DNA of 64,000 bases from Lama guanicoe (taxonomy: Eukaryota). The position numbers and the translations under genes were made by a program. The notes below the pieces were generated by a model, which was not told the DNA's origin, did not search any database, and saw nothing but the letters and a program-made list of their open reading frames with translations. Location of the stretch: assembly GCA_013239625.1 (NCBI GenBank), contig MU054391.1:7969095-8033094 (forward strand), written 5' to 3'. Shown here in pieces: positions 12,900 through 24,290 of the stretch (the stretch's first letter is position 1; each line of letters opens with the position of its first letter).

Positions 12900-13345
12900 C
12901 ACAGCTAAACAGGTAAGTGTGATGAAGAAAGTAAGATTAGGTAGCATGGTAAGAAGCGCCATGGCGCGGGGGTTGGCCAATAACCTTGGGACATTGAGGG
13001 AAGGTCATTCATTCCCAGGAGGTGATACTGAGGGCAGACTGATCAGCAGAATAGAACCTCTGGGAACATCTGGGGACGACCTCCCCCCAAACAGAAGGGG
13101 AAGCGGAGGCAAGCTCTCTGAGCTCTGAAAGAACTCCATGTGTTTGAGGAAGACAAATCAATGGACTGTGGTTAGTAAGAGAAAGAGGGAAGCTAGAGTC
13201 CAGTCACCAAGGACCCTGAAGCCACAGCGAGAGGGTGGAATTTCACTGGAGGACCGTGGAAAGCCATGATTCAGTTTCCAACTTGCGAGTTACAGGGTTT
13301 TCATCTTCAAAGCGTTTCCTTTGTTCTCTCGGTGAGGAGTGGACG
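12900..13345 (-). mobile_element. L2 fragment
   Basis: agggaaggtc...aggaggtgatactgagggcagac; gtgtttgagga; agtcaccaaggaccctgaagccacagcgag; aagccatg. Confidence 0.55.
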
Positions 13346-13894
13346 GTGTGGGGGCAGCTCCTGCTGATTCCAGCCTCCTGGTCCCCAGGCTTGTTTAGTC
13401 TCCTCCTCCCGAGTGAGGGCTGAACGCCGTGCTCACTTCTAATGCACTGAATCCAGCAAAGGGAGGGGATCCCACCTCTGATGTTAGGTTATAGAAAGAC
13501 TGTGGCTTTCACGTCCCTCCCTCTGTTTTTCTCTCCATCTCTCTCTCTCGCACGTGTGCAGGGACCCTCGGAGGGAAGCCGGGTGCCGCGCTGTGAGCTC
13601 CCCTATGAAAGGCCCACCTGACAAAGAACTGATGTCTCTGCTCACCACAGCCAGCTGGGGTTTGAGGACACCCCCCGACCCCACCAGGAGGCTTGGAAAT
13701 GGTACTCACCTGCTGGGGCTGCCACAACCCAGCTGAAGACTTGCTGGGTTAAACAACAGAAATTTATCTTTGCACAGTTCTGGAAGCTGGAAGTGCAGGG
13801 TCAGGGTGTCAGCAAGTTTGGTTTGTCCTGAAGCCTCTCTCCGTGCCTTGTAGATAGATGGCTGTCTTCCCGCTGGGTCCTCACGTGGCCTTTT

Positions 13895-13897
<3 letters not shown>

Positions 13898-13938
<41 letters not shown>
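13898..13938. repeat. (TG)20 microsatellite
   Basis: Direct read. Confidence 0.95.
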
Positions 13939-13941
<3 letters not shown>

Positions 13942-13974
13942 ATGTGTCTCCCTCTTCTTAAAAGGGCACCTACC

Positions 13975-14165
13975 NNNNNNNNNNNNNNNNNNNNNNNNNN
14001 NNNNNNNNNNNNNNNNNNNNNNNNNNNNNNNNNNNNNNNNNNNNNNNNNNNNNNNNNNNNNNNNNNNNNNNNNNNNNNNNNNNNNNNNNNNNNNNNNNNN
14101 NNNNNNNNNNNNNNNNNNNNNNNNNNNNNNNNNNNNNNNNNNNNNNNNNNNNNNNNNNNNNNNNN
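13975..14165. other. Assembly gap (191 N)
   Basis: Run of n. Confidence 1.
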
Positions 14166-15133
14166 GGGGGGGGGGGGTTGGGCCTCACCTTTATGGCCTC
14201 ATTTAAACTTCATTAGCCCCTAAAAGCTCTTTCTCCAAACACCCTCATTTTGTAAGGCACTGGGGGTTAGGATGTCAACCTGAATTTGGGAGGGACACAT
14301 TCAGTCCCTAACAGAAGCCGATTCTCCCTCAGTGAGCTCTGAGACAGCTCAGCGGTCACAGGGACACCTGGACTGTAACCCTGTGAGAGACCCTTTCATT
14401 TCCCCCTAAGCATCGTGAGAAAATCCAGCTCCAGGCTGACATCAGAAGTGTGGTCTTCCAGGCCAGGATGTAGGCTAATTTACAAAGGTTTTTTTTTACC
14501 GGCAGGTCCCACGGGGGACGTGGGAGCCCCCCACAGATGTGGTGCACGGCGTGCCTGGCCGTCTCTGCAGTCAAGGATTCAAGCCCTGAGGGCCCCACGC
14601 TCAAACCCACAGCGGCGGGCCCCGCCCCGGGGCCTCCCCCGGAGCTCACCTAACCGGGAGGGCGCCTCGCTGAGACACTTCCCAGCTGAGACGTCTTTAT
14701 CAGCAGGGCTTGACTAAGATATTTTCTTCACTCCGACTCAGTACTTTTCCCCAGTACTGAGTTACAACCCTTTGGTGATCATCGCTAAAGGGTCTAAAGG
14801 TCCCTGCACCCTGGCTGTTGGGGACTCAGGAGCCTCCCGGTGGTGCTCGGCGGGCCGGCCGCTTTCATGTGCAAGTTGGGCGAGGCACATCACTTGGACA
14901 GTCCTTCCAGCCTGGGTTTACAGTCATGTATAATATAACAGTTTTAAATATGTCTTTCCCCACTTCCCACCTGTGAAAGCGCTCAGCTTGAATATCTATT
15001 TTCTCTCATTAAAATGGAGGTGATTGTAATAATAGCTAAATTTGATTCAGCACTTTCCATGGGTCGGTTTCTGCCCTAAGTGCATCCAGGTATTCACTAT
15101 TCACGCACTTCATATTCACAGTGACTTTGTGAC

Positions 15134-15601
15134 CACATTATCCTTCTGCGGCAATTGTAACAAAGCAGAACACGCTGGGTGGCTTAAGACGCTGGACATC
15201 CGTTCTCTCAGAGTTCTGGAGAAGTCTGGAACCAAGGTGTCAGCAGGACTGCACTCCTTCCAGAATCTCCAGGGGACAATCCGGCTTTGCCTCATGCAGC
15301 TCTTGGTGGCTCTAGGTCTGCCTTACCCCCATCTCTGCCTCTGTGGTCCCGCCGCCTCCTCCTCTGTGTTCTCTTGTCTGTCTCAGATCTCTCTCTGCCT
15401 TTTTCTTATAAGGACACTTGTCACTGGCTTTAAAGCCCAGCCAGACATTCCAAGATGATTTCATCTCAAGATCCTTAACCTAATTACATTGGCAAAGACA
15501 CTTTTTCCAAATAAGGTCACACTCACAGGTTCCAAGGACTTGAGGTGGACACATCTTGTTTTTTGCGGTAGTGGGGGGTAAGTGACATTCAACCTGCCAT
15601 A
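15134..15601 (-). mobile_element. MaLR LTR, MLT1C-like, inserted in a MIR
   Basis: tgtaacaaa..ctgggtggcttaa; ccaaggtgtcagcagg; ttcttataaggacacttgtca; ctcaagatccttaacctaattaca; ttccaaataaggtcaca. Confidence 0.9.
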
Positions 15602-16839
15602 GCGAGTAAAACGATTATTATTACTAGTCCTGCTTCTCCAAGATCATGCAGCCAAGATCCAAACAGGCCACCTGTCCCCGGCGCCCCTGAAGACGGGCTT
15701 TTGCAAAGTTGGCCACGTTACAGACCCTCTGTGAGGGCGAGCACTGAGGTACACAAGGCGCCACGCTTTGAGTCTGACGCACAGTGTGGCTCAAAAACAT
15801 ACCTTTCACGATTATTAGTACGTCTCTTACCCGTCAAACTTGCGATGCTGCTCATTTGACGTGAGGTGTTCAAATGCATGGTGGAATTTCTGGCCGAGTT
15901 CAGACAGCCAATGTCCTTGCTTACTTCGGTGAATCCTCCAATCAACGCAATTTCCGATGACAGATTTCTTTCCCCCCGTTAAATTCAGACTCTGGATCCC
16001 GAGAGAACAGGGCTTTGAAGCCGGAGAAATAGCATAGCCTCCGAGTGGCAGGACAAGGATTCCAACCTTGGGTTCCCCTGCTTGCTTTTCAGAAAGGCAG
16101 CTGAGCTGGCACAGTAAATATTTAATGTGACTCGATGTTAGTTTACACCGATCGGGAGCTGCTGGGTCAGATGGAAGGAGTAAGGGAAGAACCTCCTCTC
16201 GGCCGGTGTGAGTCAAGGCAGTTATGCCTTCAGCCTTCTCATTTGCAGGGTTTAGAGACCTCGGGAAAGGAACACTTGGCAGCTGTGACAGCGGCAGCGC
16301 TGCACTGAGCGTCGCTCGCTCCGCACAGGCCCGCACACCTGAAGGCCGGGCTGCCCCGCGTCTGGCTACTCTGGGAGGAGGCTTCCCCTTGGCTGTGTCG
16401 GAGCTGTGTGGGGCCCGCTCATGGCGAGTTAGCCTGGCCCAGTTCCTTGTTGGCCCCTTCGGTCTGCTGGAATAAGGAGGGACGGTGAGTTCTAGGATCT
16501 CTGCGTGCTCTGTGTCTGTTATTTCCCGCAGTGAGGTGTTCATTGTCTTTTGGTGTTTTGATGATGAACACCTCGCTGCAGAAAATAACACTCCTATGGA
16601 CTCTTTAGGAGTCCATAGATCTCCTGTGGACTAAAGGCCACCAGCTTTCCTTCCAGGGTAGCTCCCCATCCCATAATCACGGAGGCCAATGCCCTTAGAG
16701 ACCCCAGGGCGGGCAGGGTTGCTGGACAGCACACCTCTCACTCTGCTCTGTAACTGCTGGTGTCTCTCTCTCCGGCATCCTAGCCTCCTCACTTCTGGAT
16801 CTTCCGTGGTACCTATTCCAGGGTGTTGCCACAGCAGGG

Positions 16840-17070
16840 GGCAGTTTGGTAGAGGCAATGGCAGCAAACTGGACCACAGGACTGGGGGTCAAATACTGAT
16901 TCAATTATGTGCTCTCTCTGAGTGTTAGTACTCAAGCCTTTCCAAACTTCATCCATAACTTAGCTCTACTGCTAATAGCATTGGTTCTGTCTGCTCCACA
17001 GAACTGCTGAACGCATTCTAAAAATGAAAAATAATTACTTAATAAACTACAATGCCTCATGTACTAAATG
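16840..17070 (+). mobile_element. MIR SINE
   Basis: aggactgggggtcaaatactgattc; ctgctccacagaactgctgaacgc; degenerate MIR layout. Confidence 0.45.
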
Positions 17071-17492
17071 ATTATATTAGTTGAGAGAGAAACACAGTGA
17101 ATTAATGAAATTCCTTAGCTCTCACAAGTCCTCCTTGCAAAAGAAAACAAAAAACAAACAAAAAACTCAAACACAACAGTAGCAATAATGAAAACAAACA
17201 AACAAAAACCCCTCAGTTTATCTCCCCTAAAAAACAAACGTCAGGACAAAATAATCTAGACACTCCAAAATCTGCCATAATGACTGTCTCTCTTCCTACT
17301 CTTTGTATCCTGTTTATAACACCTTTAGCAGATAAACACCATTTACTTCAGAATTATTTATGTTTTCTAGGGATTTTTATTTTATTAAACTACCAGTATT
17401 TCTGGGAAAGGTAGCATTTGGCTTGAGTTCAGCCTGAAATATAAGAACAGCTTTTGATGGGAGCAGAGTGTCCAAGGATTGCTGGTTTAACA

Positions 17493-17775
17493 CAGGGATT
17501 GGCAAAGTGGCCCAGGAGCTAAGAAGGTTTTCATATTTTTAAATGATTGAAAAAGAATCTAAAAAATTACATTTTATGAAACGTGACCATTTCATGAAAT
17601 TCAAATTTCAGTGACCATAAATCATCTACTGGAACACGGCCCCACCCACTCACGTGCATGTATTGTCCACAGCGGCTGCAGGGACAAAACTGAGTAGTTG
17701 TGAGAGCTATCCTATGGCCCTCAGAAACAAAATATTTACTTTCTGATCCTTTACAGAAAAAGTATGCTGATCTGG
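17493..17775. mobile_element. hAT-Charlie MITE, MER58B-like
   Basis: cagggattggcaaa start; gagctaagaaggttttcatatttttaaatgattgaaaaa; atgaaattcaaatttcagtg; aaaatatttactttctgatcctttacagaaaaagtatgctgatc. Confidence 0.85.
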
Positions 17776-18059
17776 TTAAATTCATTTCTTCCCTTTATTC
17801 AGTCCTGCCGATTGACCATCTGCTCCAGGCTGGTAATAGTGAGTTGAGAAAGCTCTCAAGAAGTTCACTTTCACTGGCAAAAATAAGATACATAGCCAGA
17901 TCACTAAAGGACCCCATCCTGGCTGGGACGGGATGAAGGCAGGAGCAGGTTTGTGGGGGCTACAATCCCAAGTCAGACAAGGTGAGGTCAACCTATGGCC
18001 AGTGTGGCAGCCCACCCGCCCACCTGCGTACCCGCCCAACTGCCCAAGGGCAAATGCCT

Positions 18060-18400
18060 TTCTCTGACTGGCTGGTCCCCAGCACGTCTTCTTCTAGACA
18101 TGTTGTTTAACTTCATCATAGAGGCCGGTGATTTTCAAAGCTACCTGGCATGTTTTAGAGCCAATATCTAGAGGGTATAGCCAGCGAGGACCATCCTCAC
18201 TTTCTTGCAGATGTAAGCTCCCTACTTTTGAATCTGGATGCAGACTTTTGGGGCTGTCTGTCATCCATGGCACCATGGTTCTGGTTTGGAAGTGGCTTTT
18301 AGAGATTTTCCAACAGGTGGCCTTACAACCAGAACAGCTCATCCTCATGGACTCCTTCTTTGTATCTGTGGCCCTGGAGGAGACCAGCCCCACGAGCACC
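18060..18400 (-). pseudogene. Candidate highly decayed SLC25 mitochondrial-carrier (UCP-like) pseudogene fragment
   Basis: Collinear peptides across two frames: VG..RATD, SGCKATC, TAPKVCIQIQ, DGPRWLY, GLYDEVKQ, resembling recalled UCP2 repeat 1 (VGFKATD, AGTAAC, TAKVRLQIQ, EGPRSLY, GLYDSVKQ); needs frameshifts and indels. Confidence 0.35.
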
Positions 18401-18864
18401 TCCTATTTCTTCTTCAGAAGCTTCTCTTTCAGCTCTTCCCATGAGCAGTCTCTCCTGGACCCTCTGCTCCAGTTAGGCACTTTGCCAGCTGTCCCCTATT
18501 CCTCTCCAAGAAGGTGCTTGGAAACTAGAAACTGGGCTGGGTCTAGGATGAGGCCACAAGGCACTCATCTTAGATCCAGCAGTTAAGCAGGCACCAAAAC
18601 CCCCTTAATGGTCATGACAAAAATATTGGAGTGCCATATTTTAAAATATAAAAATCAATGTAAAAATCTATAATGAACAGAAGTCAGGATTAGTGACAGA
18701 GCTGTGCATAGCTACCTTGGAGTTTAAGGCAAAAGTTGAGAAGCAGGAAAAGGAAGGATTGAGAAAAGCTTCAGCTAATAATGGCTTTCTTTAAAAAAAA
18801 ATTGTGAATTCCCGGGAAATCCAAGGACAGAGGTCATTCTAGAAGCTGCATCAGTGTGGAGTTT

Positions 18865-19030
18865 TGGAAATAACTCAAATTCGGGCCAGACAACAGGAGT
18901 TCTAGTTTTGGCTCTGTCCTGCCTTGTGGAGTGACTTTAGAAGTTCCAGCTCTTCCCAGGGCCTCAGTTTCCCATAGTAAATGAGAGAGCATGGGTCAGG
19001 GACATCATGGGTTCACTCTAGCTCTCACTC
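18865..19030 (+). mobile_element. MIR SINE (MIR3/MIRc-like)
   Basis: gagttctagttttggctctg...gggcctcagtttcccatagtaaatgag. Confidence 0.75.
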
Positions 19031-19769
19031 GGAGTTGAATTATAAACACACAAGACTAGCACGGGTCCCCAGCCCTAGATCCAGCCACGGGGTAAGGACA
19101 GGTGCAAGTCCTTCCAGAGAAGTGCTGTTGTTTGTGGGGTTGGGGGCTGCCTGGAAATCATCTCAGTCATGCGGGCGTGAGCTCACCCTTTGCAAACAGG
19201 CAGTTTCCGTAAGCAGTTAGTCTGCCTTAACTGTGAGGTGCTGGTGGAGGAGTTGGCCATTGACCGGCCAGGTGGTTGACAGAAGCTTCTCAAGGAGGAG
19301 CCATCACTCTGCTGGGATCTTAAAGGCACTGGGTACAAAGCACTTGCAACATCCTGTTACGATTTGAAATGCACGCCCTGTACCCAGCTGGCAAGCCTTA
19401 GCCCATTGAGAGAAGCGAGTTTACAGGGAGACTTCATTTTATGACTGGTCCATGCTGAAACAGGATGCTTTGGCTTCCAATGTGTTTTCTAAGGGTTTAG
19501 TCTGAAACTTTTATCATAGATGGGAATAGTCAAAGGGGAAAATTAGACACATTATATCTGTTTTTATTACCCAAGGACATTGCATTTACTATGTGAAAAT
19601 GACGTTTTCAGATCTGCCTTCTTCTCTTGAATTCAAGTCCCTCGAGGGCAAGAAATGAGCATAATTCATTTCTGTATTATCTTTGCTTATCACAAAATCT
19701 TGTACAAAACATACAGTGACATATATGTTTTAAAATTTAATCAAACTTATGTAATCATAGAGTAAGCAA

Positions 19770-19900
19770 TATCGGAAATCAAATCGTTTATACAGGCTGC
19801 ATTTTACAAACAAGGAAACAGAAGTCAAGTTTTCATAGCAGTTCAGTGGAAGGCATGAAACGAGAGAATAATGCAGTTTGCTTTCAGTTCCAAGCCCTGG
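19770..19900 (-). mobile_element. MIR fragment
   Basis: cattttacaaacaaggaaacagaag. Confidence 0.55.
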
Positions 19901-20624
19901 AACTAAATAGACAACAGGCATCATCTGGCCCCAGGTGGGAACTAATATTCACCTGGAGGTTCAGCTGAAGACGGCGCTAACTTCTGAAATATTCACAAAT
20001 AAAGCAAAGGATTCAATACAGAGAAGCAGGGAATGTTTTGCTTTTGCAATGACTATGCATGATCCTCTCCAAAGAAACACATGTTTAGACAGACAAACAA
20101 GCAAACGAGAGAGTCCCAGGACACTGCTGACCACCTGCGTGATCCACGCACGTGATTAAACCTTATCAGGTCTGCAGCTTCTTCAATGAAATAGAAAGCA
20201 CCTTCTCGAGCATTTTATCATTCTGAAATTGCACGTTTATGAAATTTACTATGTAGTGGCTCAAAGGGTCAGAAAGCTAGACGGTTCAGTTTGAAATATT
20301 AATCCTTAGGAGGGACCAAGTGAGGAATGTGTCAAAATGCTTTATGAGTCTCATTCCTAAGGCTTGTTCGGGTTACGGCGTCCTTCTAATCCCGATACAA
20401 GGGAAGGGTGGGAGGCCCCAGGAGCTTGCTAAGGCTTGCCAGGATCGGCCAGAGGCAAAGGACTACATTTTCCTTGGAAACAAAGTGAAGAGTTTCCCAA
20501 ACAAGGAGATCGCCTAATTTATGCAACACACTTTTCTCTTCCAATCTCTCCATTCTGGTTGAAGTGATTCACAATCTGGGTTTCACCCTATCCTACCTCT
20601 CCTTCTGGGGTGGTGACGTTCGCT

Positions 20625-20820
20625 TTGGAGTAGTAAACAGGAAATTTTGTTTTGAGATTTGGGTTCTAAATTCAGATCTGCCACTTAGTCACTTCAGAAC
20701 CCTGGGCAAATCATCTAAATGAGTGGAGCCTTCGCCCTGTTATTCATAACCTGGAGACATGCCCTACTTTAAGATAGATGATGAATGATTTAAATTGATT
20801 TCTAAAGTGACTAACTCTTC
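20625..20820 (+). mobile_element. MIR SINE
   Basis: agatttgggttctaaattcagatctgccactt...ccctgggcaaatcatctaa. Confidence 0.7.
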
Positions 20821-21364
20821 CTGGACGTTTGGTGAAAGTTAACCTACGTTGAAGAGCATTCTTCCTTGCCATTAAGAGAGTTTTTGATTTAGAGTCATCA
20901 CCCTGGTTCATTTGAAGACAGCTTTTTGTCTCTCTCATTCTTGCGAACGTGCATTCATTCATTCCAAGTTTCGTCTTTCCTGACATTCAGCCTGTGTAAT
21001 TTTGGGTTAACTTCAAAGGAGCTACTTTGCTAGATGAATCCCCTGGATCAGAGGTAGGGAGAAGATTTGGTTGAAGCCAACTTTTTTTTTCCTGTAGCTC
21101 TTGTTGCTGATAATTAGAGGTTGATTAGAGATGCTTGTTTGGAAGGCAAAACTGCACGAATGTGTTTTATCTGGTACATAATAGAAAAACAGCTGCAGAG
21201 ACATCAAATACCGGACTCACCAGACAACAGTAGCAACTATCACGACATCATCTTGAAAAAAGGTAAGAGATACACTTTGAAATACCTACCGGAAAGGGAA
21301 AAGTACAAAAAGTAGCACCGCAGCTTTGTAAAAGTGCCAATTAGAATACCTTGAAATGAAGGAC

Positions 21365-21760
21365 ACAACAAGCAGAACTTAAAAATCAAATGCAGATCTG
21401 ACATAGCAAGAAAAATTCTGAACTGAAAGAACAGAAGTTTTACCGAATGAAATGCGTAAGGATGAAATGTGCAGAATACAGAGGCGATAAAAGACATGCA
21501 GAGTTAAGAGGGCTTAATATATACTTGACCAGAATTCTAGAAAAAGAGACAGAATGGAGAAGGGACACTATTTGAAGAGAAATTGACTGGTCATTTTTCA
21601 GGACCAACGGGGAACATGAACCCACAGACAGAAGCCAAGTGCATCTTATCTAAAATAAAAAGAAACCTACACCTTGACACATCAGAGTAAACACAAAAAC
21701 AGAAAACCAAAATAAAATCCTACATCAGTGAGGAAAAAAAAAAGACAGCTCAAATGCGAT
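21365..21760 (+). mobile_element. Old L1/HAL1 ORF1 fragment
   Basis: cagaattctagaaaaagagacagaatggagaagggacactatttgaagagaaattgactg; acatgaacccacagac; aaacctacaccttgacacatcagagtaaa; A-rich strand bias. Confidence 0.75.
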
Positions 21761-22099
21761 TATTTATACAAAGAGACTATTATTCAGAAACAAAAGGAAA
21801 AGAGAGAATTTATTTCTATCATCTTTATGATTGTGTCTCCAGCCACCTCCTCTCGTGCTAAAGTCAGACACAGTGAGCCCTTCCTCACCGCTGAGCTGGG
21901 CGAGGCAGAACGCAGATTTGGAAACGTGAGCTGATTAGAAATACACAAGTACGTGAAAACCAATGGCTTATCTGAGTCTCTTGCCCTGTTAGAAGGTAGA
22001 GGAGAAGAAAGACTTTACTCCTCCAGAGTATCAGTCAGTCCAGTCCCCTCATCACATAGTTTCATGCACTCCTCATCGAGGGTCCCAAAGAAATGATAC

Positions 22100-22260
22100 G
22101 CCAGTTTCCTAAGCCATTAAGCCAGGGGTTCAGATCACTGGGGGCTCGATTATATGCTCCTCCCCACTGTCTCCAGTTTCTGATTCACCAAGCCTGGGGT
22201 GGCGTCCCATCAAGCTGCATTTTTATTAAGTTTTCAGGTCACACTTTGAAGACCATGGCT
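22100..22260. mobile_element. MER5-like MITE
   Basis: ccagtttctgattca..agcctggggtggcgtcc..gctgcatttttattaagttttcaggt..cacactttgaagaccatgg. Confidence 0.65.
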
Positions 22261-22429
22261 ATAAAGCATGCATTGCATGTAAAGAACTAATTTCCTTTGT
22301 AAATAGCATTAGTACCATATTCGTGAACACCCCTTGGGAGAACTGAGAAAAGAGCCACTCAAATCATTTGCGTGTGTGTGTGTGTGTTCCACGGTTCAGA
22401 TGAGACATCCTGCTTCTGAAAGGTGACAT

Positions 22430-23335
22430 GATTCCCCGAAGACTCTCTCCTGCTCTCCGGACTCAGATCTCTGACTATCTGCTCAACACGTCCGTTTGGA
22501 TTTGTCATAGGCATCCTGAAAATAATACTCCAAAACTGAACTCCCCCTTGTTTGTATAATAACTTTTTTTTCACAATCTGCAGTGTTCCAATAAATCTCA
22601 CATTTTTTTTTCCAATTTCTCAGACTCCAAAACCTTGCGGTTAAATTTAACTCTGTTCTTTTTCTCAGACTCCAATACCTTGCGGTTATATTTAACTCTG
22701 TTCTTTTCCTCAAACTCCATATTGAATCAATGGCCCTTCTGGCAAAATACGCGGAATCTGACTGTGTCTCCTAGTTGTTCTGTCGGCTTCGATCTTGGAG
22801 TCTGTTCTCCTCCCATCGTCCAAAGCCGCCCGTGACTTTCTTCCCACCTCGCCCTGAAGGAAACACCAGGTTCTGATGGACCATGACTCACAGCGACGCC
22901 TCTGTTGGGGGGTTCCTCCCAGCCCTGCTGATCTGCCTTCTGTTCCTTGAAGGAACACACAGCCATGCTCCTGCCTCGGGAGCCTGCACTCCTGGGATAC
23001 GCCCCCTGGGTACCTCCCAGCTCATCCCTGCGGGGATCTCCCTCGCTGTCTCCATCACATTCCTCCCATCACAGTGCCAGTCACCTTCCCTGGCCAGGCT
23101 GTGCAAAACAGCGAACCTTCCCCTTACCAGTACAGTTTTTTCCACTCTGCTTTATTATTTTTCCCTGTGTGCCATCCCTTGTCATATCCCGTTTCCACCT
23201 GTTTAGCACTTGTCTCTTACCACTAGAATAAAGGTTTCATGGGAGTAAGAACTTTTTAAAAATAACCTAGTCTTCAGCCCCTGGAACTGTTCCTGCTCCA
23301 TAGGAGGTTCTCTGTGGTTTGCAAATAGATGAATT
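22430..23335 (+). mobile_element. L2 LINE 3' region
   Basis: ctatctgctcaacacgtccgtttggatttgtcataggcatc; ccaaaactgaactc; ttccttgaaggaacacacag; cactagaataaaggtttcatgggagtaagaac; ggaactgttcctgctccataggagg. Confidence 0.8.
22616..22719. repeat. 45-bp tandem duplication (2 full copies plus a partial third)
   Basis: 22616-22660 vs 22661-22705 differ at 2 of 45 positions. Confidence 0.95.
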
Positions 23336-24149
23336 TTAAAGATGGAAAGACCGAGGCCCAGGAGAAGCAAGGGACTAGCCTTAGGGCCGAAATGGAGTTG
23401 AGACGGGAGGAAGGCTACCTTCCTCAGACCCCAAGCCTGTCTTCTTTCACTTGAACCCATCCCAGGTCTGAGATTCCTCTGCCTTGAAGATAGGAGGGTG
23501 GCCTCTGCTTGAACTGAGAGGACTCGGGCTGAAAATAACCGCGGGTCACGGCCTTCCCTGAACCTCCTTCCTTCCTACAAGGCCCGAGGGTGTTCCCACA
23601 GCCGCTCCCGAGAGGACAACAGCCATGTGGCGTGCAGCCGATGGTCCCTGGGAAGACGAGAGCTTGCATTCCTACGGGTGTGAGAGGAGCCCGGCCCCGG
23701 GGCCCAGCCCACGTGACTTGAGGAAGTGGCCTGGCTGATGTTTCCAGAAGGACTGCGTCACGGAAGTCATGTCCCTGCTTGGACTTGTCTTCTGTTGACG
23801 ACTGGGACGTGGCTGGCAAGCAGCACCGCCTGCGGGGTTCACTGTCAGCCCAGGGGGCCCCCAGCTCCCGCCCCCGCACTGTGTCCTGTTCTCAGGCTGC
23901 CCGGCTCACCTTCAGGGACCTGCTCATCCACTCAGCAACTATCTATTCCACACCGACTGTGTGCTCCGCCCTAGGCCAGGCACGTGAGCTCCTGACTCAT
24001 TATGCGTTTAATACATGCCCTCAAAAGCTTTAAAAGAGCTGGTAGCAATCCCACTGAGAGGGGACCTTGGGAATTTTCACTGTAATGTTGAGTATAAAAG
24101 TCTGAAGTTGGGGGAAAGATGAGAGATGCCAGGGACACCAGTGTGATCT

Positions 24150-24290
24150 CACATCTCTTGCTTTACAGATGAGAAAACTGAAGCTTGGGGACACCCCCTT
24201 CCTGTCCCTGACAGGTGAGCCGCTGGCCAGGTCACAGTGCACCCGGACCCTGGGGATGGATGTACCGTGTGCACAGCTCGACTCAAGAAA
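24150..24290 (-). mobile_element. MIR fragment
   Basis: tttacagatgagaaaactgaagct; ccaggtcacag. Confidence 0.75.

Larger units (their letters stand above)
13701..14313 (-). mobile_element. MaLR LTR, MLT1A-like, containing (TG)20 and an assembly gap
   Basis: ttaaacaacagaaatttatc..cacagttctggaagctggaag; ctgggggttaggatgtcaac; ends ttcagtccctaaca; degenerate TSD gaaat/gaagc. Confidence 0.9.
13347..14395 (+). mobile_element. MaLR LTR, MLT1F-like, split by MLT1A (pieces 13347-13700 and 14314-14395)
   Basis: ttaggttatagaaagactgtggc; gggaagccgggtgccgcgctgtgagctcccctatgaaaggcccacctgacaaagaactg; resumes gaagccgattctccctcag...tgtgagagaccct. Confidence 0.8.

Noticed and set aside
15827..16591. Longest ORF (254 aa, minus strand)
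   Set aside because: Non-ATG start, no recognisable domain, R/A/P/S-rich composition driven by a GC patch.
18094..18399. Reading the 101-aa ORF as an ADP/ATP translocase C-terminus or a functional gene
   Set aside because: LYDEVKQHV resembles the ANT ending, but the spacing does not fit; there is an upstream in-frame stop and the carrier motifs need frameshifts, so at most a pseudogene.
22616..22719. Possible CRISPR-like direct repeats
   Set aside because: Contiguous tandem copies with no spacers, mammalian DNA, no cas genes.
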